Notes: generated by a model from the letters alone, not told the origin. A DNA stretch of 64,000 bases from an uncultured Pelagibacteraceae bacterium (GCA_902555535.1 CACDTB010000002.1:6108-70107), one strand, 5' to 3'. Shown: positions 48,866 to 59,500, counted from the stretch's first letter. Translations and numbers: made by a program.

Positions 48866-50433
48866 TGATTAAAAAACTTATTACTTTATTTAAATTGGGA
48901 AGAAAAGTTGCAAAATCAGATATTTTAAAAATTGCATCAAAATTTAAAAAACCTCCTTTAGCTATAACAATATTGTTCCAAATTTTATCCATTTCATTTG
49001 AAAAAAAGGAACAAAATAATTTAATTGAAGATGATGGAGAAAGACTATCTAGGTCATTAGAATCTATGGGTACAACTTTCATCAAACTTGGACAATTTCT
49101 TGCTACTAGACCTGATATAATTGGAGAAGAATTATCTTTAAAGTTAGAAAAACTTCAAGATCGACTGCCCCCTTTTTCAATTCATGAAGCAAAAGAAATT
49201 ATTAAAGAAGATCTGGGTATCGATGCGTTTAATTCTATAATTGATTTAAGTGAACCAGTTGCTGCTGCTTCGATTGCACAAGTTCATAAAGCAAAAATAA
49301 ATGACAATGGAACTATTAAAGATGTAGCAATAAAAATTTTGAGACCAAATATAAAAAAAATATTCAATGAAGAAATAGATGCGATGATGTTATTTGCATT
49401 TATTATAGAGTCATTTGTAAAAAAAACAAAAAGATTAAAACTTGTTGAAGTTGTTTTTTTACTTAAAGAAATAACTAATCTTGAAATGGATTTAAGATTC
49501 GAAGCTGCTGCAGCAAATGAATATGCAGAAAATACAAAAAATGATGCTGGATTTAAAGTTCCTGAGATTTATTGGAATTTTACTAGTGAAAATGTAATGA
49601 CTTTGGATTGGATAGATGGAATTTCAATAAGAGAAGCTGAGGAGCTTAAGAAAAGAAATTTAGATACTAATAAAATAGCTGAAGATATTATCCAACATTT
49701 TTTGAGACATGCTGTAAGAGATGGTTTTTTTCATGCAGACATGCATCAAGGAAATATTTTTGTTGATAATAGTGGCCAGATTGTCCCTATAGATTTTGGG
49801 ATTATGGGTAGATTAGATAAACTTAGTAAAAGGTTTTTAGCAGAAATTTTATTTGGATTTATTCAAAGAGATTATCGCAAAGTAGCTGAAGTTCACTTGG
49901 TTGCTGGATTAGTTCCTAAAGAAGTGCCAATCGATGATCTAGCTCAAGCTTTGAGATCTATTGGTGAACCTATATTTGGTCAAGAAGTAAAAGATATTTC
50001 AGGAGGTAAATTACTCAAACAATTGTTTGATGTAACAGAAAAGTTTAATATGCAAACTCAACCTCAATTATTAATGTTGCAAAAAACTATGGTTGTTGTT
50101 GAAGGTGTGGCAAGAAAATTAAATCCAAACACAAATATTTGGACAACTTCAAAGCCTGTACTAGAAAATTGGCTTAAAGAAACCAAAGATCCAATTAATA
50201 ATTTAAATGAAACTTTAAAAAATACATCTGAGGTGATTAAACGTTTACCAGAATTTCCTGAGATTATGGATAAAGCAAATCAAGCATTAACGTTTTTAGC
50301 TAGTGGTCAAATTCCACAAAATTCAAATTCTTACACCGCTCTGAATGATAAGAAATCAGAAATGATAGCATTTAGAAATCAATCTATTATTGGTTTATTA
50401 CTTCTTGTAATTTTTGGCCTTATAGTATTTTAA
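48865..50433 (+). CDS. ubiB: Ubiquinone biosynthesis protein-kinase-like UbiB
   Basis: FIKLGQFLATRPD, AAASIAQVH, GFFHADMHQGN, DFGIMG; ATG 48865 overlaps the ubiE stop (TGATG). Confidence 0.95.
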   Translation: MIKKLITLFKLGRKVAKSDILKIASKFKKPPLAITILFQILSISFEKKEQNNLIEDDGERLSRSLESMGTTFIKLGQFLATRPDIIGEELSLKLEKLQDRLPPFSIHEAKEIIKEDLGIDAFNSIIDLSEPVAAASIAQVHKAKINDNGTIKDVAIKILRPNIKKIFNEEIDAMMLFAFIIESFVKKTKRLKLVEVVFLLKEITNLEMDLRFEAAAANEYAENTKNDAGFKVPEIYWNFTSENVMTLDWIDGISIREAEELKKRNLDTNKIAEDIIQHFLRHAVRDGFFHADMHQGNIFVDNSGQIVPIDFGIMGRLDKLSKRFLAEILFGFIQRDYRKVAEVHLVAGLVPKEVPIDDLAQALRSIGEPIFGQEVKDISGGKLLKQLFDVTEKFNMQTQPQLLMLQKTMVVVEGVARKLNPNTNIWTTSKPVLENWLKETKDPINNLNETLKNTSEVIKRLPEFPEIMDKANQALTFLASGQIPQNSNSYTALNDKKSEMIAFRNQSIIGLLLLVIFGLIVF

Positions 50434-50441
50434 TTCTGCAG

Positions 50442-51647
50442 ATGAAAAATTTGTTAAATAAAAAAATACTATTTATTATCTGTGGAGGAATATCTGCTTA
50501 TAAAAGTCTTGAAACAATTAGGCTTTTTAAAAAGAATGGTGCAGAAATAAAGACAATTCTTACAACAAGTGCAAAAGAATTTGTAACTCCGCTTTCAATA
50601 ACATCACTTTCTCAAGGTAAAGTTTATAGTGATTTATTTAGTGTAGAAAATGAGGCTGAAATGGATCACATTTCACTTTCAAGATGGGCAGATATAATTG
50701 TAATTGCACCTGCAACGGCAAATACAATTTCGAAACTGGCTCAAGGAACAACTGATGATTTAGCATCCACTGTGGTTTTAGCTTCAGATAAAGATATTAT
50801 TTTAGCACCAGCAATGAATGTAAGAATGTGGGAGCATCCAACTACTAAAACAAATATAAAAAAATTAAAAGGATTTGGATATAAACTAATAGGTCCAGAT
50901 GTTGGTGATATGGCATGTGGTGAATATGGAGAGGGTAAAATGTCAGACCCATCAGTAATTGCTGAAGAAGTTGATAAATATTTCTTAACTCAAAAAAATA
51001 ATAAAAAATTTAAAGCATTAGTTACAGCAGGTCCAACTAATGAGTACATAGATCCAGTTCGTTTTATTACAAATAAATCAAGTGGCAAACAAGGATATGA
51101 ATTAGCAAAATCATTATCCAAAAAAGGTTTTGATACAACATTAATATCAGGTCCAACTAATCTTGAAATAACTAAAGATATTAATCTTATAAAAGTTGAA
51201 ACAGCAGATGATATGTTAGTTGCTACTCAAGAAAATTTACCTGTTGATGTAGCAATTTTTTCTGCTGCGGTAGCTGATTTTAAAATTAATAAAAAATATG
51301 AAAATAAAATTAAAAAACAAGAGAACTTAAATTTAAATTTAGAAAAGAATGTAGACATACTTCATTATGTGTCTAACCATAACTCCATGAGACCTGATCT
51401 TGTCATTGGATTTGCAGCAGAAACTAATGAGATTGATAAAAATGCAGAGGAAAAATTAAACAAGAAAAATTGCGACTGGATAATTTCTAATGATGTATCA
51501 AATAAAGATATAGGATTTAATTCTGATTATAATGAGGTAACAATTCATTATAAAAAGAGAGACGTTAAAAAAGAAAAACTTTCATACAAAAAAAAATCTG
51601 AAATTTCTGATGAAATAGTTGATAGAATACTTGATCAATTAAATTAA
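50442..51647 (+). CDS. coaBC: Phosphopantothenoylcysteine decarboxylase/synthase
   Basis: GGISAYK, APATAN, PAMNVRMW, TAGPTNEYIDPVRFITNKSSGKQG, GFAAET. Confidence 0.96.
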   Translation: MKNLLNKKILFIICGGISAYKSLETIRLFKKNGAEIKTILTTSAKEFVTPLSITSLSQGKVYSDLFSVENEAEMDHISLSRWADIIVIAPATANTISKLAQGTTDDLASTVVLASDKDIILAPAMNVRMWEHPTTKTNIKKLKGFGYKLIGPDVGDMACGEYGEGKMSDPSVIAEEVDKYFLTQKNNKKFKALVTAGPTNEYIDPVRFITNKSSGKQGYELAKSLSKKGFDTTLISGPTNLEITKDINLIKVETADDMLVATQENLPVDVAIFSAAVADFKINKKYENKIKKQENLNLNLEKNVDILHYVSNHNSMRPDLVIGFAAETNEIDKNAEEKLNKKNCDWIISNDVSNKDIGFNSDYNEVTIHYKKRDVKKEKLSYKKKSEISDEIVDRILDQLN

Positions 51648-52084
51648 TGGCGAAAGTTCTTATCAAAAAGTTAGACCCTGCAGTTGAATTACCTGCTTAC
51701 AAAACAGAAGGTGCATCTGGCATGGATTTAATGGCATTAGTAAAAGAACCCATCAATCTTAAACCAAACTCATCATGTTTAGTTCCAACAGGGCTTGCTG
51801 TTGCATTTTCAAGTGATTTTGAAATCCAAATAAGGCCAAGATCTGGTTTGGCTGCAAAAAACAGTATAAGTGTTTTAAATACACCTGGAACTATTGATAG
51901 TGATTACAGGGGAGAAATAAAAGTAATTCTATTTAATCACGGGAAAAATGATTTCTTGATAAATAATAAGGATAGAATAGCTCAAATGATTTTAACTCCT
52001 GTAATTAAAATGGATCTCGAGGAAACTGATGATCTACCAGAAACAATTAGAGGAGAGGGTGGGTTTGGCTCAACGGGAAAATGA
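51647..52084 (+). CDS. dut: dUTP diphosphatase
   Basis: RPRSGLA, GTIDSDYRGE, RIAQ, RGEGGFGSTG. Confidence 0.97.
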   Translation: MAKVLIKKLDPAVELPAYKTEGASGMDLMALVKEPINLKPNSSCLVPTGLAVAFSSDFEIQIRPRSGLAAKNSISVLNTPGTIDSDYRGEIKVILFNHGKNDFLINNKDRIAQMILTPVIKMDLEETDDLPETIRGEGGFGSTGK

Positions 52085-52836
52085 GCAAAAATTTAAACAA
52101 AAAAGAAATAGAGAAATTCTCAAGGCAAATAATTCTTAAAAATATTGGGGCGGTAGGTCAAAAAAAAATTTTATCTTCAAAAGTCTTGATAGTTGGTATG
52201 GGTGGTCTAGGTTGCCCAGTAGCAGAATTTTTAACTAGATCGGGTATTGGTACACTTGGGATTGCAGATCATGATACTGTAAGTCTCTCTAATATCCACA
52301 GACAAGGTCTGTATAATGAAAAAGATATAAATCAATCAAAAGTAAAGATTGCAAAAAAAAAATTAAATAAAATTAATCCAAAGACAAAAATAAATATTTT
52401 TAATTTAAAATTAAATAAAAATACATTTGAAAAAATTATTAAAAATTATGACTATATTGTTGATGGGACTGATAACTTTGAAAGTAAATTTTTAATAAAT
52501 GATTTAAGTCTAAAATATAAAAAATTTCTAGTCACTGGTGCTATAAGTAAGTTTGATGGACATATTTTTTCTTTTAATTTTACCAACAAAAAAGATCCTT
52601 GCTTGAGATGTTTTTATCAAGAAGACACAATATCTGATGAAATTTTAAATTGTGAATATGAGGGAATTTTAGGAACTGTTGCAAGCACAATAGGTACATT
52701 GCAGGCAAATGAAGTTTTGAAAAAAATATTAAATATTGGACAAAATTTAAATGGATACATTCTAATTCTAGATCTATTAAATTTAAATTTCAGAAAAGCA
52801 AAAATTAATAAAAGAAAAAAATGTCTATGCAATTAA
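52081..52836 (+). CDS. HesA/MoeB/ThiF-family adenylyltransferase
   Basis: FSRQII, GMGGLG, SNIHRQ, DGTDNF, PCLRC. Confidence 0.92.
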   Translation: MSKNLNKKEIEKFSRQIILKNIGAVGQKKILSSKVLIVGMGGLGCPVAEFLTRSGIGTLGIADHDTVSLSNIHRQGLYNEKDINQSKVKIAKKKLNKINPKTKINIFNLKLNKNTFEKIIKNYDYIVDGTDNFESKFLINDLSLKYKKFLVTGAISKFDGHIFSFNFTNKKDPCLRCFYQEDTISDEILNCEYEGILGTVASTIGTLQANEVLKKILNIGQNLNGYILILDLLNLNFRKAKINKRKKCLCN

Positions 52837-53276
52837 TAGTAAAAAAAATTTATATAGTATTTTTTTTATTATTTTTTACTCACATTTCGTTTGCTGATGA
52901 AATTTTTGTCTCTCTTAAAAAAAATAAAGTAAATGTTCGCTACGGGCCAAGTTTTGAATCTGATATTAAATACGTTTATAAAAAAATAAATCTTCCATTA
53001 AAACAAATTGATAAAAAAGAAAATTTCAGGCGAATTATAGATTTAAAAAATAACAGTGGGTGGATTCATATCTCTCAATTAAAAAAAAGTAATTCTGTAA
53101 TAGCCACGAAAGATAAAGTTTTATTTAAAAAACCTACATCTTTCGCAAAACCAATTGCTCAAATAAAAGAGGGAAGATTATTAATTATAGGAAAATGTGA
53201 ACAAAATTGGTGCAAAATTACATCAGGAGAATTTGAAGGTTGGATTAAAACAGATAATATTTGGGGACTAAATTAA
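52821..53276 (+). CDS. Exported bacterial SH3-domain protein
   Basis: Signal peptide, FVSLKKNKVNVRYGPS, GWIH and GWIK repeats. Confidence 0.85.
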   Translation: MSMQLIVKKIYIVFFLLFFTHISFADEIFVSLKKNKVNVRYGPSFESDIKYVYKKINLPLKQIDKKENFRRIIDLKNNSGWIHISQLKKSNSVIATKDKVLFKKPTSFAKPIAQIKEGRLLIIGKCEQNWCKITSGEFEGWIKTDNIWGLN

Positions 53277-53872
53277 CTAAAATCAGTAGATAAAGAGGCT
53301 ATATTTTCTTTAGATAATTTTGTGCTATGAGAATATTCTTTGTGATCAATTCCAAGCTCAATTTCTGAGCTATTAGATTGAAATTTTTCTATTTGATCAT
53401 CAGTAAAATTAAAATGAATAAACTGTACTGAAGAAGCTTTTCCCTCAGCAGAGGTTCTATCAACATCTTCTTCCGGAACTGCTTTAATTTTCTCACCATC
53501 TATTTTCATAAATACTGTGTCTTCTATTCCACCAACTTTTCCAAGAAACGCAGCCCTTGAAATAGGATTATCTATTTCAAACATTAAAGTTGCAGTTAGT
53601 TCTTTGCCGTTAGGTATTAAAGGATTGTAAGCAGATAACTCATCCTTAAGTTGCTCATCACCTCCTTTTTCAATGTATAGCATTTCTTGTACTTGAGCTA
53701 ACATTGTTTCATAACTTTCAAAATAAAAAGTTGCATAAGGACCTAAAGCAACTCTTCTATTTTTTTTATAATCAACAATATTTTTTCTTAATTCGCGTCT
53801 CTTTTCTATATAAACATCTAAAGGTATGATGTCTTCTTTCTGAATTTCTCTTTTTTCTCTCGGCATGATCAT
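53273..53872 (-). CDS. DUF3501-family protein
   Basis: RRVALGP, FESYETMLAQVQEML, YNPLIP, ATLMFEI, ASSVQFIHF; context with rubrerythrin and FeS oxidoreductase. Confidence 0.85.
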   Translation of the reverse strand: MIMPREKREIQKEDIIPLDVYIEKRRELRKNIVDYKKNRRVALGPYATFYFESYETMLAQVQEMLYIEKGGDEQLKDELSAYNPLIPNGKELTATLMFEIDNPISRAAFLGKVGGIEDTVFMKIDGEKIKAVPEEDVDRTSAEGKASSVQFIHFNFTDDQIEKFQSNSSEIELGIDHKEYSHSTKLSKENIASLSTDFS

Positions 53873-55200
53873 AAGTTATAACTTTTTGCCATCAATTCGA
53901 TAGGATGTAGTGCCTCATCATTTGATATGTTTGTATCAACTTCTAACTGTTTTAAATGTTTACCAGCTAAAGGACAATCAGAAGCCATATACTTATTATT
54001 TTTAGTTTTTATTTGTCTAGCTGTAGGTCTTCCAACTTTATTTGCTAAATCATGAGTTTCTTTCATTACTCCAAAAGTTCCTCCGTGACCCGCACATCTT
54101 TCAACTACATCAATTTTAACATTTGGTATTAATTTTAACATATCTCTTGCTTTGATACCCATGTTCTGTGCTCTAGCATGACAAGCGTGATGTACAGTTA
54201 CACCTCCATCAATCTCATTTAATCCTTCTGCTAATCCCTCATTGTTTGCGATGTCCACAACATACTCATCAATATCCATAACATTTGCAGATAATTTTTT
54301 TATTTTTTCATCATTTGGTAATAACAAAGGCCATTCGAATTTTAACATCAATCCACAACTAGCTGTTAAGGTTACTACTTTATATCCTTTATCAATCCAT
54401 TCGATTAAATCCTTAGAAACTTTTTTCGCTTGTTCAACAACTTTTGGCAAATCTGCTTGCTCTAAGAATGGCATACCGCAACAACCAGGGTAAGCCTCCT
54501 GAACTTCTACACCATTTTTTTTTAAAACTTTTAAAGCAGCAACACCCGTATTTTTTTTATTAAAATTTACAAAACAAGTTGAATAGATAACAACTTTTCT
54601 ATTTTTTGAATGTGTTTGATAATTTATTTTGTCTTTGTTTTTTTTAAAAAAATTTGAAAAAGTTTCTGAGTTATATTTTGGTAACTGAACTCTTTTATCT
54701 ATTCCTGTAATTAATTCTAAGATTTTTCTAATTAATTTATTTTTAATATTTGATGCCCAGTTAACTATTTTAGAGAACATAACACCAATTTTAGCGTTTC
54801 GATCTATTTGGGCTAATTGTGTTGGTACGCTTGGTAATTTACCTAATTTTTTTTGAGCCGTTCTATATCGCAGCATTAAATGTGGAAAATCCAAATCAAA
54901 ATCATGAGGTGGAACATATGGACATTTAGTCATAAAACACATATCACACAAAGTGCATGCATCAACGACAGGAGCAAACTGATCACTAGATAAGCTTTCA
55001 ACATCTTCATTTTTAGACTCATCAATCATGTCAAATAGCTTTGGAAATGAATCGCAAAGATTAAAGCATCTTCGGCATCCGTGACAAATATCAAAAACTC
55101 TTCTCATTTCAGCGTCTAACTTTTCAGGATTTAAAAAATCAGGATGCTCAAAATCTATAGGGTGTCTTATAGGTGCACCTAAACTTCCTTCTTTACTCAT
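53869..55200 (-). CDS. Rubrerythrin-associated Fe-S oxidoreductase (GlpC/HdrD-like, CCG domains)
   Basis: CHGCRRCFNLC, CTLCDMC...CP, CCGMP, CHARAQ, CAGHGG, SDCPLA. Confidence 0.88.
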   Translation of the reverse strand: MSKEGSLGAPIRHPIDFEHPDFLNPEKLDAEMRRVFDICHGCRRCFNLCDSFPKLFDMIDESKNEDVESLSSDQFAPVVDACTLCDMCFMTKCPYVPPHDFDLDFPHLMLRYRTAQKKLGKLPSVPTQLAQIDRNAKIGVMFSKIVNWASNIKNKLIRKILELITGIDKRVQLPKYNSETFSNFFKKNKDKINYQTHSKNRKVVIYSTCFVNFNKKNTGVAALKVLKKNGVEVQEAYPGCCGMPFLEQADLPKVVEQAKKVSKDLIEWIDKGYKVVTLTASCGLMLKFEWPLLLPNDEKIKKLSANVMDIDEYVVDIANNEGLAEGLNEIDGGVTVHHACHARAQNMGIKARDMLKLIPNVKIDVVERCAGHGGTFGVMKETHDLANKVGRPTARQIKTKNNKYMASDCPLAGKHLKQLEVDTNISNDEALHPIELMAKSYNL

Positions 55201-55231
55201 ATAATTTAGTTATTTGAAATTCGAATTATTT

Positions 55232-55256
55232 TTAGTGGGCGACTAACGCCCACTAA
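55232..55256. other. Perfect 10-bp stem-loop between rubrerythrin and Fe-S oxidoreductase genes
   Basis: TTAGTGGGCG-ACTAA-CGCCCACTAA; no U-tract on the transcribed (minus) strand. Confidence 0.75.
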
Positions 55257-55265
55257 GTAATTTGA

Positions 55266-55682
55266 TTAGCTAATAGACTCTAAAGTTTTTTGAAATTTAC
55301 CAGCGTGTGATTTTTCAGCTTTAGCTAAAGTTTCAAACCAGTCTGCGATTTCTTCAAAACCTTCTTCTCTAGCAGTCTTGGCCATACCAGGGTACATATC
55401 TGTGTACTCATGAGTTTCACCTTCGATAGCTGAAGCTAAGTTAGCTTTAGTTTCGCCAATTGGTTTGCCTGTTGCTGGGTCACCAACTTGTTCTAAGTAT
55501 TCTAAATGACCATGAGCGTGACCAGTTTCACCTTCTGCTGTTGATCTAAAAACTGTAGCTACATCATTGTAACCCTCGATGTCTGCTTTTTGTGCAAAAT
55601 AAAGATATCTTCTATTTGCTTGACTTTCTCCAGCGAATGCTGCTTTTAAGTTTTCTTCGGTTTTACTTCCTTTTAAAGACAT
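55266..55682 (-). CDS. Short rubrerythrin without rubredoxin domain (aerobic-type/sulerythrin-like)
   Basis: [34 protein letters not shown]; no CxxC tail; SD AAGGAG. Confidence 0.93.
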   Translation of the reverse strand: MSLKGSKTEENLKAAFAGESQANRRYLYFAQKADIEGYNDVATVFRSTAEGETGHAHGHLEYLEQVGDPATGKPIGETKANLASAIEGETHEYTDMYPGMAKTAREEGFEEIADWFETLAKAEKSHAGKFQKTLESIS

Positions 55683-55741
55683 TGTTTTTCTCCTTTTAAA
55701 TGTTACTCACCATATAATGGTTATACTAAATATGTCAACAG

Positions 55742-55758
55742 TTTAGAATTATTATAAT
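55742..55758. promoter_or_regulatory. Iron control element (Irr box) upstream of rubrerythrin
   Basis: TTTAGAA-TTA-TTATAAT versus ICE consensus TTTRGAA-N3-TTCYAAA. Confidence 0.7.
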
Positions 55759-55787
55759 GTAGATTTTAAGTATTTGATTTGATAGAA

Positions 55788-56216
55788 TTATTTTTGAGTT
55801 TGATTATCACTCGCAACTCTAACCAAAACTTCAACGGAATTTATTTTTTTTCCCGTTATATTTTTTCTAATATTTATTTTGTCGATATCGCTCTCATCAC
55901 AATCGATTAGCTCATGCGTATCTTCATCAAAAAAATGATGGTGTGCTGATGTGTTTGTATCAAAATAACTTTTATGACTATCGATTGAAATTTCTTTTAG
56001 GTATCCTTTTTTTTCAAATGCATGAACTGTGTTATAAACTGTAGCTAAAGATATCTTTTGATTCATTTTCTCAGATAACAATTTAACCAAATCGTTTATT
56101 GTGAAATGAAAAGTTTTTTCTCTATTATACAAAACTTCACACATTTTTACTCTTTGCTTAGTAGGTCTAAGCCCAACTTCTCTTAATTTTTCAATAAAAT
56201 TGCAGTTTTTTGGCAT
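55788..56216 (-). CDS. irr: Fur-family iron response regulator Irr
   Basis: GLRPTKQR, SLATVYNTV, YFDTN, HHHFFD, no CxxC pair; divergent from fabA as in other alphaproteobacteria. Confidence 0.88.
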   Translation of the reverse strand: MPKNCNFIEKLREVGLRPTKQRVKMCEVLYNREKTFHFTINDLVKLLSEKMNQKISLATVYNTVHAFEKKGYLKEISIDSHKSYFDTNTSAHHHFFDEDTHELIDCDESDIDKINIRKNITGKKINSVEVLVRVASDNQTQK

Positions 56217-56221
56217 TGTTT

Positions 56222-56238
56222 TTTATAATTATTCTAAA
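56222..56238. promoter_or_regulatory. Iron control element (Irr box) 5 nt upstream of irr
   Basis: TTTATAA-TTA-TTCTAAA, one mismatch to the ICE consensus. Confidence 0.75.
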
Positions 56239-56309
56239 GTATGAATAAAAATATAATGTTTTATTATATTATATTAGGATTAAATCAAGTATTAAGGGAG
56301 CTCAAAATT

Positions 56310-56810
56310 ATGAAAAAAAACTCATACTCCTATGATGACCTAATAACTTGTGGAAATGGTGATCTTTTTGGACCTGGCAATGCAAAATTACCTCTTCCGC
56401 CGATGCTTATGTTTGACAGAATAACAGAAATCAATGAAAATAATGGAGCATTTAATAAAGGCTCTTTAAAAGCTGAATTAGATATTAAAGATGATCTTTG
56501 GTTTTTTGATTGTCATTTTAAAAAAGATCCAGTTATGCCAGGGTGCTTAGGTTTGGATGCTATGTGGCAACTGGTAGGGTTTTTTCTAGGTTGGCTAGGA
56601 AATCCTGGAAAAGGAAGAGCTTTAGGAGTGGGTAATGTAAAATTTACAGGTGAGGTTTTACAAAGTGTAAAAAATGTAAGATATGAAATAGATATGAAAA
56701 AAATTATGTCTCCTGGAGGAACAACTGTTGGGCTTGCAAATGGAATTGTTCTTGCAGATAATAAAAAAATATATTCAGCAGAAAGTTTAAAAGTAGGGTT
56801 GTTTAAATAA
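56310..56810 (+). CDS. fabA: 3-hydroxyacyl-ACP dehydratase/isomerase FabA
   Basis: [35 protein letters not shown]; SD AAGGGAG supports ATG 56310. Confidence 0.96.
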   Translation: MKKNSYSYDDLITCGNGDLFGPGNAKLPLPPMLMFDRITEINENNGAFNKGSLKAELDIKDDLWFFDCHFKKDPVMPGCLGLDAMWQLVGFFLGWLGNPGKGRALGVGNVKFTGEVLQSVKNVRYEIDMKKIMSPGGTTVGLANGIVLADNKKIYSAESLKVGLFK

Positions 56811-58021
56811 TGAGAAGAGTAGTTATTTCAGGTTTAGGAGTTGTTTCTTGCTTAGGAAATAATCAAGAAGAGGTTCGTCAATCTTTATTAAATTCAAAAT
56901 CAGGAATTTCTTTTGCAGAAGAGTACAAAGAGCATAATTTAAAAAGCCATGTTCATGGTAAGCCAAATATTAAACTTGAAGATCATATCGATAGAAAAAC
57001 AATTAGGTTTATGGGTTCAGGCTCAGCTTATAATTATATTGCAATGAAAGAAGCTATTGAAGACTCTGGATTAGAAGAAAGTGAAGTAAGTAATTTTAAA
57101 ACTGGAATTGTGATGGGCTCAGGGGGACCTTCTATAGAAAATGTAATTTTAGCTGCAGATAAAACTAGAGCGAAGACACCAAAATTAATGGGACCTTTTA
57201 TTGTTCCAAGAACTATGGCAAGTACTGCTTCTGCAACACTTGCTGTACCATTTAAAATTAAAGGAACTAACTACACAATGAGTTCTGCATGTGCAACTAG
57301 TGGACATTGCATAGGAAATTCTATGGAATTAATTCAAATGGGTAAACAGGATGTTGTTTTTGCAGGTGGTAGTGAAGAAATTCATTGGGCAATGACAGCA
57401 ATGTTTGATGCTATGACAGCTTTATCATCAAAATATAATGACACTCCACAATCTGCGTCTAGAGCTTATGATAAAACTAGAGATGGGTTTGTAATTGCAG
57501 GTGGTGCAGGCGTATTAGTACTTGAAGAATACGAACATGCTAAAGCAAGAGGGGCTAAAATATACGCAGAATTAACTGGTTATGGAGCAACCTCTGATGG
57601 ATTCGACATGGTAGCGCCATCGGGTGAAGGCGCTGTTAGATGTATGAAAATGGCAATGGCAACTGCTAAAAATAAAATTGATTATATTAATACCCACGGA
57701 ACATCTACTCCTGTTGGAGATATAACTGAGCTTAATGCTATTAAAGAAACATTTGGGGAGGATATTCCAAAAATAAGTTCAACTAAATCTTTATCAGGTC
57801 ATCCATTAGGCGCTGCTTCAGTTCATGAAGCTATTTATTGTCTGATAATGATGAAAAATAATTTCATTACAGGTTCTGCAAATATTACTGATATGGATGA
57901 TGATGCTAAAAAATTTCCAATAGTTCCAAAAACTGAAACAGGAACAACTTTAAATGCAGTAATGTCAAATAGCTTTGGTTTTGGTGGAACTAATGCGGCT
58001 TTAATTTTTGAAAAGGTTTAG
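56810..58021 (+). CDS. fabB: Beta-ketoacyl-ACP synthase I
   Basis: [43 protein letters not shown]. Confidence 0.96.
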   Translation: MRRVVISGLGVVSCLGNNQEEVRQSLLNSKSGISFAEEYKEHNLKSHVHGKPNIKLEDHIDRKTIRFMGSGSAYNYIAMKEAIEDSGLEESEVSNFKTGIVMGSGGPSIENVILAADKTRAKTPKLMGPFIVPRTMASTASATLAVPFKIKGTNYTMSSACATSGHCIGNSMELIQMGKQDVVFAGGSEEIHWAMTAMFDAMTALSSKYNDTPQSASRAYDKTRDGFVIAGGAGVLVLEEYEHAKARGAKIYAELTGYGATSDGFDMVAPSGEGAVRCMKMAMATAKNKIDYINTHGTSTPVGDITELNAIKETFGEDIPKISSTKSLSGHPLGAASVHEAIYCLIMMKNNFITGSANITDMDDDAKKFPIVPKTETGTTLNAVMSNSFGFGGTNAALIFEKV

Positions 58022-58024
58022 TTT

Positions 58025-58810
58025 ATGAGTCTGATGAAAGGTAAAAAAGGATTAATCATGGGTGTTGCTAATGAAAGATCTATTGCCTGGGGTATATCTC
58101 AAAAACTTTCAGAGGCTGGAGCGGAGCTAGCATTTACATATTTGGGTGACGCTTTAAAAAAAAGAGTAGTTCCTTTAGCAGAAAAATTAAATTCAAACGT
58201 CACATTCAGTTGTGATGTTGAAAAAAAAGAAGAAGTAGTAAAACTATTTGAGGATATCAGATCTCAATGGGGTGAAATTGATTTTGTAGTGCATGCAGTT
58301 GCTTTCTCTGATAAATCAGAGTTATCAGGTGAATATTTAAATACGACTAGAGAAAACTTTTTAAGAAGTATGTTAATCTCATGCTTTTCATTTACTGAAG
58401 TCGCAAAAGAAGCTTCAAAAATAATGAAACAAGGTGGAAGCTTGCTTACATTAACTTACGAATCTACTAAAGCTATTCCAAATTATAATGTAATGGGTGT
58501 TTGTAAATCAGCTTTAGAGGCCAGTGTCAAATATCTTGCTAGAGATTTGGGAACAAAAAGTATTAGAGTTAATGCAATAAGCGCAGGGCCAATTAAAACG
58601 TTGGCTGCTTCAGCAATTGGTGATGCAAAATTCCTATATAAATGGAATGAAGATCACTCTTTTCTAAAAAGAAACGTAGATATTCATGATGTTGGAAATT
58701 CTGCATTATATCTACTAAGCGATCTTGCTAATGGTGTCACCGGTGAGATTCATTATGTAGATGCTGGGTATAACAAAGTCGGAATGCCAGATCCAAGAAA
58801 CATAACTTAA
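58025..58810 (+). CDS. fabI: Enoyl-ACP reductase
   Basis: GVANERSIAWGI, PNYNVMGVCKSALE, ISAGPIKTLA. Confidence 0.96.
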   Translation: MSLMKGKKGLIMGVANERSIAWGISQKLSEAGAELAFTYLGDALKKRVVPLAEKLNSNVTFSCDVEKKEEVVKLFEDIRSQWGEIDFVVHAVAFSDKSELSGEYLNTTRENFLRSMLISCFSFTEVAKEASKIMKQGGSLLTLTYESTKAIPNYNVMGVCKSALEASVKYLARDLGTKSIRVNAISAGPIKTLAASAIGDAKFLYKWNEDHSFLKRNVDIHDVGNSALYLLSDLANGVTGEIHYVDAGYNKVGMPDPRNIT

Positions 58811-58831
58811 ATAATTTTTGATCATTATAAG

Positions 58832-59500
58832 GTGATTATTAACCATAAATATAAATTTATTTTTATTAAATCTTTCAAAACTGCTGGGACTAGTCTTGAA
58901 ATTGCTTTATCAAAATTTTGTGGTGATAAAGATATGATTACAGAAATAGAACCTAACGACGAAATAATAAGAAAAAATTTAAAATATACCGGTCCACAAA
59001 ATAACAGCGGATTGAAAGTACATATGACAGCTAGCGAAATTAAAAGTAGAATAAAATCAGAAATATTTGAAAATTACTTCAAATTTGTTGTTGTTCGAAA
59101 TCCTTTTGACCAAATAATTAGTGCTTATTATTGGCACAATGAAAGTAAAAAAAACGAAAAAAAATTCTTTTTTTTCAAAAAAAAATCAATTGATTTTGAC
59201 AAGTTCTTTAAAAGAAAAGCAAGACACATTTTTGAAGATGAAATTAATAGATATTTTGAAAATGGAAAAATTTTAGTTGATAAATTTATTAGTTATGAAA
59301 ATTTAAAAAATGATTTATCATCACTTTCTGACTCACTTAAACTTCCTGAAAACCTTTATGAGGTTTTTAAAAATATAAAGGCAAAGAGTAATATTAAACC
59401 TTCAAAAGATAAAAGAATTAAATTAAATGAATATCACATAAAGAAAATATATGAATATGCTGATAAGATTATTAAGCTACACAAATATAAATATAAATAA
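58832..59500 (+). CDS. Sulfotransferase family 2 (CHST-like) protein
   Basis: GTG start; FIFIKSFKTAGTS (5'-PSB) and VVRNPFDQIISAY (3'-PB) motifs. Confidence 0.8.
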   Translation: MIINHKYKFIFIKSFKTAGTSLEIALSKFCGDKDMITEIEPNDEIIRKNLKYTGPQNNSGLKVHMTASEIKSRIKSEIFENYFKFVVVRNPFDQIISAYYWHNESKKNEKKFFFFKKKSIDFDKFFKRKARHIFEDEINRYFENGKILVDKFISYENLKNDLSSLSDSLKLPENLYEVFKNIKAKSNIKPSKDKRIKLNEYHIKKIYEYADKIIKLHKYKYK

